Positions 40,701 to 52,300 of a stretch of 64,000 nucleotides of DNA are shown piece after piece. The number at the start of each line of letters is the position of its first letter. Position 1 is the first letter of the stretch. A model generated the notes under the pieces. That model did not search any database. It was not told the origin of the DNA and was given only the letters and a program-made list of their open reading frames with translations. This DNA comes from Nemertoderma westbladi (lineage: Eukaryota > Animalia > Xenacoelomorpha). The position numbers were made by a program, and so were the translations under genes. The stretch lies in contig JAUCBJ010000187.1 in assembly GCA_032718475.1 (NCBI GenBank), positions 1-64,000 on the forward strand, in the 5' to 3' direction.

Positions 40701-42549
40701 AATTTAAAGTCCCTCCCATCGGTGGAAGAAGCCATTGATGTTGCCAAGGGAACGGTAGAATGTTTGAAACGCGGTGGATTTCGACTAACCAAATTCACTA
40801 GCAACTCCCGTGAGTTTCTGGAATCGATCCCGGTAGAAGACCGAGGGGTTAAAGACCTGGACCTTATCAAGGACGATCTTCCGGAAACCAAGACGCTTGG
40901 TCTGAAATGGGACATGGAGAGAGATATCCTGTTTTTCCAGCTAAAACAGCGAGATAATCCAGTTCGAACTAAACGGATTTGTCTAAGTATCCTGAGCACT
41001 TATTTCGATCCATTGGGATTTATTAGCCCAGTTATATTGGTTGCTCGGAGTTTAGTTCAACAAATGTGGCTTGAAAACCACTCGTGGGACGATCCACTTA
41101 AGGGAGAACTACTAAAGAAGTGGATGAAATGGGAAGATTCTCTACCATCTATCGAGAACTTTACGATTTCCCGTTCATATTTTGGTCACATTCTCCCCAC
41201 GTATTCCTATCAACTCCATGTGTTTGGAGACGCCAGCGATATGGGAATAGGTATAGTAGCCTACCTGAGAGTTGAAACTCCGGATGGAATTAAAGTTGCC
41301 TTGATTACCTCTAAGGCCTTGATAAACAACAAGCTACGAGTTCCTCGAGCGGGAGTTAAAGGCGGCTCTATACGCTACTGCCATCGGCCGGAATGTCACA
41401 GAACAGATCGACTATCCACTGGAGAAAACTGTCTATTGGACTGATGCTTTACTCGTTTTGGAGTATATAACCAATGAAGTCTGTCAGTTCAGCGTCTTCG
41501 TTACCAACAGAGTCGCCATTATACTTAGTCGCACTAATGTAGATCAATGGAGACATTGCCCTGGGACGATTAATCCAGCCGACATCGCCTCCAGAGGAGC
41601 AACTCCTCAAGAACTGATAGATACTCCAGACTGGTTAGGTGGACCCGACTTCCTAAGTAAAGAAGAGGATGAATGGCCTCCTCATCTCACCACGGCTGAG
41701 ATTAGACAAGCCAAGGGAGCGGAGAAAATCAAACCTAAAACCCGGACGAGTAAATTGAAGTTATTTAAACCCGTGATAGATCTGTCTGTACTAACTCCGG
41801 AGACGACGCTGTGGATCTAAACTCCCCCGCCACAAATAAATCTGTTGTGGAAATTAGAGAAAGAGACTGGAAATCTGGAACACCAGACGTCTCGCAGGGA
41901 CTCTCACCTCTCCTGCAGAGAGCGATAAATCACTATAGCTCCTGGAATCGGCTTTGTAAGGCCGTCGTGTATTTGAAGCGATGCTTCCATCATCACTACT
42001 CCAGGACGAAGATTGCTAGTGATACCGCTCCACTGACATCTGCACGCACAGGTCCATGCTATTAAAGATCTTCCCAAATACAAGGTATCAGATAGGTTTC
42101 TAATGGAGAAGATCAGTTACCAGGAGCATGAAGATACCAATAAGCAGATACTGAGACTCCTGCAATGCTTTGAAGATTCCGATAAGTATTTCCTCGTCAC
42201 CTTCAAGGCAGAACCCCCTAAGTCGATTTTTTTCGATTTTCATGTTTTTGACTTTTTGGGTAATTCGATATCGGCTTTTTCGTCTGGCAGAACACCGAAG
42301 CTTTTCTACCAGCCATTTTTGAGTTATAAGCCAAAGACAGTTCCCCGTAACTTATGCCCACTTCGAGGCAGAACCCCCCAAGTCAATAATTGGCTTGCAA
42401 AACACCGTAAATTCAAGTATATGAAATTCAGTCCACCTGGCAAAACCCCTTAAATCAGAAATAACAACCTGTAAAACCCCTTAAATCCGAAACAATAGCC
42501 TGGCAAAACCCCGTAATTTATCATTTATATAACTGGTTTGTATTGCGGC

Positions 42550-43420
42550 CAGGACACAAATATTAATTAGGGACACAAACATTATTGAGGGACGCAAACA
42601 TTAATGAGGGACACAAAACATTAATAGGGCAGGGGTCCATGGTTGCCAATGGATATTAATATGAGCGATGGTGATGCTTGCCATCAGACGATTAGATATT
42701 AAGTGATTAACTGGAAAAAAATACTACCATGGGAACGTGAGTTTCGATCAAAGAACCGCCGTTTTGTATACATTCCATCTTCCTAATTAGATGGAAATTA
42801 ATTGAAAGCGACGTTCGGATACGTTGTTCAGCTGCCTGTTTTCTGCTACCCCCCCCCCCCCCCCCCGGCTGGTATACCCCCATATTTTCAATTTACCTCC
42901 TACCACCACCATTCATGTTACCATCCCCCCCCCCCCCATGTTACCATTCCTGACTCCCCCTCATGTTCATCATTTTTTTACTCCTACTCCTTCCCTTTTT
43001 AGTAACAACATCGTTTATTGTTTTGGTTAGAAAAACCATCTCTGTAACCTAATCCTTTCCTTCAATTGGCAATAACATAGTTTATTGGCTTGGTCAGATT
43101 AATATGTTATTATTTATTGTTGTTATTTTATTGCTTGACAGTAATGAGAATTGTAATACTGTAATATATTGTATGTGTATGGGTGGTAACATGAATCATA
43201 CTAAGTGCGAAGGGCGATAGTGCCCATGATTAATGTTTGTGCCCTTGATTGATATCTGTCCCTCGTTTATTGTTTGTGTCCCTCATTAATGTTTGTGTAT
43301 CTCATTAATGTTTGTGTCTCTCATTAATGTTTGTGTCCCTCATTAATGTTTGTGTATCTCATTAATGTTTGTGTCCCTCATTAATGTTTGTGTCCCTCAT
43401 TAATATTTGTGCCCGTGATT
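42550..43420. repeat. Inverted arrays of a ~19-bp minisatellite (foldback-like)
   Basis: GGGACACAAACATTAATGA-type units at 42550-42625; reverse-complement TCATTAATGTTTGTGTCCC units at 43228-43420. Confidence 0.75.
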
Positions 43421-44180
43421 GATATTTTGTTTTTCGTTTGTATGATTCTCGTTTTTGTCCAAGTTGCTATTAGTTACTCTAGGTTGCCGGACGTTTTGGA
43501 CAATTTGGTCAGCAACTAGCAACTTAATTTGAGCAACATTAACTTTTAGTCTCCGTTATAATATGAGGCATCTTTAACAGCAACAAAGTTCGCGTTTACA
43601 TAGAGCAACTTGATCGGCAACCTGAAATGCTTACTAAGTTGCTGATAGAGTTGCTCAAAATGTTGCCACGTACTGTAGAAAAGACAGGTCATTAATTATT
43701 CGTCATGACGTACTGTAAGTGAACTTTACTTTAACGTAGCTGTAACCCTGTAGCTAGACTTTGTTCTTACTGTAGAGTACCACCCATGGCTATATTTTGT
43801 ACTTAGAGTTCCGCTTTGCTTGAATCTAAATTTTGTTCTTATAGTTCTGCATTTTGGCTACATTTTGTTCAATTTGTATTGATACATGATTCTAACTACA
43901 GTCCCGTACTTATTTTAGAAGCAATTTATACCAAAATATCAAAAACTTATGGAGCCCTTTAGAATTTTGAATTCAAAAATTTCCAACATGTGCGCAAGTG
44001 TGTTAAGCTATATTGTATGTGATTATTTGTTATTATTGCGTTTACAGCTAATACTAACACCTGATCATGTGCTAGTTAACATGTTAGATAGCACTTATTA
44101 GCTAATAACAAATGCGCACATGTATTACGTGCGCACTACGCACTAAATTATTAAGGACGTACGATACGCCTTGGCTATTA

Positions 44181-44376
44181 TTTGATATATTTTGCGTGTT
44201 TTTTGTAAAAATTCGTACTTATGGTGTTTTGCCAAATTGAGGATACCTTGTTTTTTAGGCAATACCCCGCAACTATCGCATAGTTACGGGATAATACCAG
44301 AAAACGGTGTTCCCCTTTGTTTTGGCAAAACACCATAAGTCAGAATTTTTACAAAAAAACCGCAATATATTTCAAA
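44181..44376. mobile_element. Small palindromic MITE nested in the TIR element
   Basis: ACTTATGGTGTTTTGCCAAA / TTTGGCAAAACACCATAAGT arms extending to ~55 bp. Confidence 0.65.
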
Positions 44377-46621
44377 GGTAATTCTAAATCAAATTAAAAG
44401 TTTAATTATATGAATTCTATATATATTTAGTTATCAAAAAACACAATAACAAGTAAACTGAGGCATCTCTCTAAAAAATAAACAGTTTTTATCGATTATC
44501 TCAGAACTACAAAAATCGACTTAGGGGGTTCTGCCTTGAAGGTGATGTCCTGTTGTTGAGAAATCCACAGATGTGCTTAAGGGATCATTTCTCTAGCATA
44601 ATGATAGATGGGTTAATACGTGTTGGAGGGAGATTAACTAATGCTCCATTATCCTTTGACACTAAGTTTCCCATACTCATTAGAAATCTTGAAATACAAA
44701 TCAAGATGATTGTAGATGTTCACAGTAGACTTTACCATGCTGGTAGAGAACGAGTTCTTAGCAAAATTCGAACTCGCTATTATTTTCATAAACCCCGTAG
44801 AGCTCTGAACCAAGTTCTTAGGAACTGTATACCCTGTAGGAAAGCATTCAGTAGGCCTTTAACACAGCGAGAGGCAGAATTACCTAGGGAACGAGTAAGC
44901 TTATATGAACCACCCTTTACTAATACCGGTGTGGATTTATTTGGCCCTATTGAAGTATATCGTGCTAGGACTATAGTCAAGCGATGGTGTGTCATCTTTG
45001 TCTGTATGACTTGTAGAGCGATCCATCTAGATATGGTGAACGATCTATCTACCAACAGCTTCATACTGAGTTTACGCCGACAGATCGCTCGCTTTGGAAC
45101 TAGCAACACGATGAGATCTGATAAGGGAACGAACTTCATTGGCGCCAATAATGAGATCAAGGCTTACGTTAGAGATTGGATCCAAAGACAGGTGGACGAT
45201 CAGTTGAGGGTAACAGCATCTAGCTGGACCTTCAACGCCGCCGACGCCCCTTGGTGGGGAGGAAGTTGGGAGAGATTAATAAGAAGCATGAATGAATACT
45301 GCATTTCACTTTATAGTGCCGTGCCGCGCATATCTCACTGACGAACTTTTGCGGACGTTAATGGAAGAAATCGCCGCCTATCTTAACGAGAGACCGCTTA
45401 TGCCAGTCTCAACGAGTCCCGACTCCCTGGAAGCGCTAACACCCACGCACTTCCTACTGAAGAAACCTGTAGCCATGCTCCCACGCTCGGAAATCACGGA
45501 CGGAGACAAATACTGCCGACAAACTTGGCAACTTATGCAGTTATTATCCCATCGTTTCGCTGACCATTTCGAAAAACATTATCTGCCTACGCTACAATTT
45601 CGAACCAAGTGGTTTGCGCAGCAAGAAAACGTCAGCGCCGGAGACATGGTCCTTATTGTGGAATCAGATCTTCCACGTAAGCGGTGGCAGACAGGTCGTA
45701 TCATCGAGACTCATATCTCCGATGATGGTTTAGTGCGATCGGTAGAACTCGTCGCCATGCGACGTAACTTTAAGAAACCTGGAATTGTATTCGAAACGCA
45801 GCAGCTCAATCGCCCAGTTGGTCGTTTATGTTTACTGGAAAGAGACAGAGAACTATCCGGAAACTATGGAAGGCAAGATACTCTTCCCACGACCACCTCC
45901 CTAATCCAACAAACATCTAGGGACTCCCCAATGTAACAGCATCTGGAGTGGGTGTGTGACTATATTATTTTATATTTGTTTTTATTATTTTTATATTTAT
46001 GTATGTATTATTATGTAATTTTATTATAATCGTTTTCTTTAATTTTATTTAGTAGAATGTTATTTTAGCGATTATTTAGTAGATTAGTGCAATATATACT
46101 CGTGTTTATTACTTAATTACTTGTATTATATATTTAGTGCAACGGCGAGAAATAATACTTTTTCTCTTTCCTTACTGTCCATATCATATTATAAATGCGT
46201 GACTACAGTAAGATGAAATATCCGTACTTATTAAAGTACAATAAAGCTCCTACTATACTCAAGTATTATTGGTAAGTAGAGTATTAGGAATGCAAAGTTC
46301 AGATCCTCATGTCTCGGCTAACCCAAGCTCTGGGTAGACCTTGGAAACGACTTGCCTCTTCTCACTGACATTGCTTCTTGCAATATTGCTCTCATACCGT
46401 ATATTAAATAATACATATAGTAGCGTGATGTCCCTTTAACAGTAGCGTACAACGTAAAATAAATCTGTTAAACCCTTTGACCATCTGTAATTCTAGTCGA
46501 TTAAGATATCGCGGCACCCACCGATATACTTGAAAGACAAAACTCTAGAATCAGTGGTTAACGTCCCCAGACAAGTTCTGGAATAAATCGGTGCCCATCT
46601 TAAATATTACATAGTTAATAT

Positions 46622-48525
46622 TATAGAATTATATTCTCTAAACGCCGTGGATTTTCAAAATTTTATTTTATTCGAATTAACTTTGTTAAAGATTACATTA
46701 AGTCCTCATTTGTATTTGCTATATCTACTTGTACGATGATTATTCAAGTGGTTCAGTAGCTCAGTCGGTAGAGCGTTGGAAATTATATGTAGTGTGTATT
46801 GAGTTCGAATCCTAGTAGGTGCGAATTATTTTTTGTGCAGAATTTCAACTCATTTAAATTGACCGCTACAAATTAATTACATTTGCTCGAAGTAAGATTA
46901 ACCAATGAGATTGTAGTTATTAGATTGTAACCAATGTCGTACAAGTTATATATTCGTTGGACCAATAGCTATCTTTAAAAACCTGTTAGAACTCATAGAA
47001 CAATCGAGAATTTTCTCGATTGATTGCGGCACAAATTTGGTATAAAATGTGCGATTTCGTTCATTAGTTATATCTAAATCTCAGTCTATATCTCAATCAT
47101 TCGTGCTTTAGATTATCTTTATTAGTTATCTATTAGTTTTTTGTTACGTTTATGTATATCTTCTGTAATAAAGTCAGAATTATCGCTAATCTGCCCTTTT
47201 TCTATCTGTTCTACTATGCTTCACCACGGTGAACTCAACTGAGGGACAGGATGGCTGGCTAAACATCGGGCCACAGCAATGAACGGGAACATCTAAGGAA
47301 TGTAGACAGGAGACAACCCGCAATATCACTCTTAGTTATTCGCCCATCGCCTGAAAGGTTAGACAGCGTTCGATGCCTTGCTACCTAAGTATAAGACCAA
47401 AGATCGAAGGTAGAGGTAGTGACACGCTGTACGCCTAAAATTACATCTAGGGACTGTACTGTTTTAATTCAGGAAAAAACCGCAGTAGACCTTCATATTC
47501 CTACGGGGGAGAGCAGGCAGAGATACTAGTACGCAGATAGGACGTAGGCACACCGGTACAAAGCATACACATTGGTAGGGTGCAGCAAACTGTACGCCTA
47601 ACTCTTGCTAAGTACAGGTGCGTCTGTGACTATTTGTAGTACAACGGTGTCCATTGCATTAGAACTTGTAGGCCAGGAGGGTTACTGTGTTTCACCTGAA
47701 TTAGGATTGTACCGTTCAGGCGGTAGGGCAGTTTACGACTAGGCGGAAATAAATTGAGGCTATTTAGGGATACTAACATCTACCGTGTCCCCGCCGACAT
47801 CCTGATAGGAAGTTACCAAGCCCACCTAGGTAACCAAAATTCTAGATAGGACGCCAGGCTAGCTATTAGTAACCGTACGCCTACTGTAGTAAACTAACAC
47901 ATTTCTTCTTAGTATTAGGGACCTGGTAAATTAAAATTGCCGAATTCTGGGCGTAGCATTAATCTTATGCCTGAATTTGAGTCCTGGAAATACGCAAGAG
48001 GGGAAGGAGCCTTATCATTCGTGAGTATTGGACCTACAAGTTACAAAATTAGAATATTCGTAAAATGCACACCGTACCCAGTAATTATATATATGAAGGA
48101 GCAAAACTGATCTTGACGGTTCAGAATTAACACACGCGTGTTGGAAATTATTTACACCTCAAAATATATAAAATTAACTTTGTCCGTACTGCACTTTGCC
48201 CGCTAGTTAGACATCTCCAGATCTCTGCACCTAGCTAGCGTCCTTTTCGCCCAACCATATAAATCACACCGCGGCAAAGTATACGAGCCCCTTAGTCCGT
48301 CAGTGAGTCAGCCTGATTTTAGGATTCGCTGCGCGGGATTTTGTTTTATCGAAGTTTGTCCGTTCGTAGACTGTTTTCTGCCTCACCGGTTATAAGAGAC
48401 CGATACTGCAATATATTCGCCTACTTGGAGTTTACTGTTTTGGTGAGAAGGTCGGATTTATGATTTGATTCACAAACTTTATAGTATGATATTGCAGGAT
48501 TCGTGTATTTGTTACTGTCTCTTCA
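46622..48525 (+). repeat. 5' LTR of element B (1904 bp, TA...CA ends)
   Basis: Reverse complement of 61622-63524; CCAAT boxes at ~46902, 46931, 46962; TATAAAA at 47041. Confidence 0.92.
46750..46834 (+). ncRNA. tRNA-derived Pol III cassette in U3 of LTR B
   Basis: A box TAGCTCAGTCGG 46757-46768; B box GAGTTCGAATCC 46801-46812; T6 at 46829-46834; no good acceptor stem. Confidence 0.72.
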
Positions 48526-49340
48526 TTTAGTAGGAATATGTTTTACTGAACTACGGTTCGGTAGGACTAAAGTTATTTGAAAATTTTTGTATTTTGAGAT
48601 AAAATTTATATTTGATTAGCTAAGTGCTAATTTTTTGAAATAAAATTTGATTTGAACCGCGTGTAAAATATTTTGGAATTGAATACCGGTGTTTAAAAGT
48701 GTTTAAATACCATATTGTACCGGTACAAAATTTTCGTAAAAGTAAAACCTAACTCTTTTGTTTTTTCAGGATTCAGAACTCATTTCTAGACTGTAACGAG
48801 AGCAAGACCGTGTTTAGCAAGTTTGGGAGATAGATAACCCAACAACTTTGGTTGGGAAAATCGCACTTCGTCCGCAACGCTGGAAACGGAAAGGTTCACG
48901 TCCGGTTTGTATCTGGGAATCTGTTTTTCTGGAGAATCATTGGAGTGGGTGAGTTTGAAAAGTTGCATAAATAAGTTAGGCATTACCGTATTAGTTAAAA
49001 TTATTGTGGGTTCCACTGTCTCAAGTATTTATGCATTCTGTACGATTTCTTTGTTCATTGCTGAATTAGTCCGTATTATTGTATTTAATTTACCTTTTGA
49101 TAACGCATATCGTTATCCGATTTATTTGTTATAAAATTGGCCGCTAGGCTAATTTTATTATATACTTATTCCGTGACATTTATTTGCTGTAAAATTGGCC
49201 GTTTAGGCTAATTTTATCCATCTGCTATAAAATCGGCCGGTAGGCTAATTTTATATGACTGTAATTAGTACCGTTTAAATATAAATACGGTAAATTTGAT
49301 ACTTTGACACTCACATTTTACTTGACTTACAACTACCGAA

Positions 49341-52300
49341 ATGAGTGACAAACAAGACTATACGAAGAATACACCTACCGACTATGACTCATGTGACACG
49401 GATAAGTCAGCAACGGAAGAACTACAAGGGAAGACTCGCGAGCCTACCGAACCTACACCGTGTGCGTCACCAGTACATCCAACGGGAGTACCGGATGCCG
49501 TAGTACGAGGCGACGGCAGGACCGAGGACTTTCTAACTGTTCCGCAACCTAGATACAGGGAAACGGACATGGTAAGTTCAGTAGGAAGCCAGGAGAGTGT
49601 GGTTAGAATCGTCGGAGGCTACATGGCGCATATTACCAGGAGTATTGGAGAAGGCCAACGCATATTAGACGAGTTAACCGCTCCGATGTCTCGGTTTGAG
49701 TTCTACACCCTCCAGGTTAGAGTATAAAGTAGAGTACATAAGTCCGTAGATAATCTAATTGGTCTACAAGATCTAGCTAGACAGAGACAGGACGTGGATA
49801 CTCAACTTAGAATCCTCGAGAAACTAATGATCGCTAGAGAGAAACTGATTCAGTTTAAGTCGACGATTAGGCAGATACAACAGGAACAAGCGGACCAGTT
49901 GTTAGGTGAGTCAGTTTCGGACGAATTATTGCAGCCCGAGGAAGAACAGGAACTGTACCGACTGGATGGACAATTGAAACATCTGACGGACCACTTACGT
50001 ATGTGCGGCGAAGACGTCGGCGATTTGGAAACCGTGCCGGAATATATGAGGGAAACTTCACCCGTACAAATCGAATCGGCACCGGGAATACTGGACCAAT
50101 CGTTAGTGAGTATTCGCATTGAAATTGGCGAGGTAAGTATAGTGACGTCAGAAATTTCCAGACAGCAACAACAGCACTATAGACAACAACGGGAAATTGA
50201 GGAACAAACTCAACTGTTGACGGCACAAGCGGCGGTAGAAGAAGAAAAACTACGCGTTGCAAATGTTGCGAGAATCTCTCAGCTGCAAGAACAAGCCGAG
50301 TTGGAAGCGGCTGAGATGGAAAGGTTGGAGCTAGAAATAGCACAGCGAACAGCGGCAGCTGAGTTAGCGCAACAAGCGGCAGCAGCTGAGTTGGAACGAC
50401 AAGCGGCAGCGGCTGCGCAACAAGCAGCAGCAGCGGAGTCGGAGCGACGAGCAGCAGCAGCTGATTTAGAGCGACGAGCAGCAGCGGCTGATTTAGAGCG
50501 ACGAGCAGCAGCGTTGGAAGAACACAAGCGTATTTCGGAAGTAAGAGCTGAGATGAAAAAACGGCAAATAAAGGCTCAATCAGCTATACGATAAGTGGAG
50601 TTCGAGGCGCAACAACAACAGACGGAACAACGCGAGAAAGAAGTTAAACTTCATTTCGAACTCGAGAAGAAGGCGAGAGAATTAGCCAACGCGAAGGAAG
50701 ATCTGGATCTACAAGCCCGCGATCGATCGATGAGATCTCGTGACGGACATGATTTGGACCAGATAGAGGTAAGGCACCGCCAAATTCAGGAACGAATGAA
50801 GGAAGGAATTGTAGGGGCACCTGGGGGAGAAAGACAATTGGTTAAAGACTTATGTCAAAGATTCCCTCAAGTAACTCCTATGTTTGCACCGATTCAGACT
50901 AAGGAACCTGTTTCGATTGCTGGTAGTAGTAATATTTCTCCTATCCATGGTGCGACGGAACACAGGTTTGTTATTCCGGACAAGTTTACACCGCCAAGAG
51001 CATCGTCGTCGCCCATTCTGAAAGTCAAGGTAAGTAAGCCACCGATTACAGATCGTAGTAGTTTGTTGACCGGACCTGCACTACTGACGACAAAACAGGT
51101 GAGTCCACCTTCGACACCAAAACCCGTTATGCATTACACATACCCAATGACGTTTAGGCCTACAAGGCCTTTAGATTCAAACGCTGTCATTCGACCACCG
51201 TTTAATCAGTTTACATCGCAATCTACAACTTCGAGGAAAACTTGTGAGCTTACCGAACAACGGAGAACAGTGGATACGCGACCGTTTAATCAGTTTACAT
51301 CGCAATCTACAACTTCGAGGAAGACTTGTGAGCCTACCGAACAACGGAGAACAGTGGATGATGTTCCGAAACGGAATGTTAGAATTCGAACGACACAACG
51401 GACGCGAGCACGTCGACCACCGTATCCAGGTGACAGTAGTACTTCAGCGAGTCGGATTACCCGGAACGCGAGGTATTTAGAACAGGAGCGGCCGACGAAT
51501 ATAAACGTGAGCGTTCAGATAACTCCTTTATCGATAATCCTCCACACAATACACCAACACAGAAAGCGTTACAACCAACAGACGCGATTAGTACGCAACA
51601 ATTCGCCGATCTAATGCGACCAGTTGTAGACAAGTTGGCCCAGATAGAAGAACGTTTAGAAGAAACTCAAACTGATAGTTCGCGAGGTAACGAGTTCGAA
51701 CACTCTAGACACCCGAAGCAGCAAAGAAAACAACCCTCGAGAAACACCTCGTATCAGGGAAAAGCGCCAAGATGAGAGAACATCAACTCGATTGCCAACC
51801 AAGGACGCGAAACTTTGAACGTGGCCGAGGAGATAGCGAAATTTGCAGCGAGACAAGGACTACCGGTGCAACAACCACCTAAGTTTTCCGGTAACTCGAA
51901 ACATTGGCACACCTTTGTGGACTACATCGAAACACAAATAGCAGCGTGCGCCTTTACATCAAGGGAAAAATTCAACTACCTGCTACAAACGTTGACGGGA
52001 GAACCGAAACGTTTAGCGGAGACCTTTGTCGGTGTACCAGACGCCTTCGAACTAGCGTACGATCGCTTAACTTCGATTTACGGAGGCACCGTAAGCATGG
52101 CTAAGTCAGTCATAGAAGAACTCTGTAAGGGGGGGGGCTATAACAAAACCCGTTGACTTACTGAAATTAGCTGACGAGATTAAGAACGACATTACTACAC
52201 TACGCTCGATTGGACAACTTGACTACGCGAATACTCCGACAGTCCTATTGAAAATAATAGGAAGATTACACCATCGACTTCGTCGGGAGTGGCGAAAGAT

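Larger units (their letters stand above)
42197..44545. mobile_element. Non-autonomous DNA transposon with ~34-bp TIRs, inserted in pol of C
   Basis: TCACCTTCAAGGCAGAACCCCCTAAGTCGATTTT at 42197 and its reverse complement ending at 44545; no transposase ORF; TSD not evident. Confidence 0.8.
35374..45936 (+). pseudogene. gag-pol of BEL element C (stops, frameshifts, ~2.5-kb insertion)
   Basis: KFNGDEMKW gag motif; CCHC knuckles; PR LLDSGSTGT; RT DIYMDD; RH LHVFGDAS; HCPGTINPADIASRG; IN GVDLFGP, SDKGTNF, PWWGGSWERL, DDGLVRSV. Confidence 0.92.
33047..46621 (+). mobile_element. BEL/Pao LTR retrotransposon, family C (5' LTR, gag-pol, start of 3' region), interrupted by a DNA transposon and by element B
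   Basis: LTR start TGTAAAAGCTT; Pao-type gag-pol; 3' region matches window 1-~810 until B's LTR begins. Confidence 0.9.

Noticed and set aside
46750-46834. Functional tRNA genes in the LTRs
   Set aside because: Acceptor and anticodon stems do not pair convincingly; only the promoter boxes are retained.
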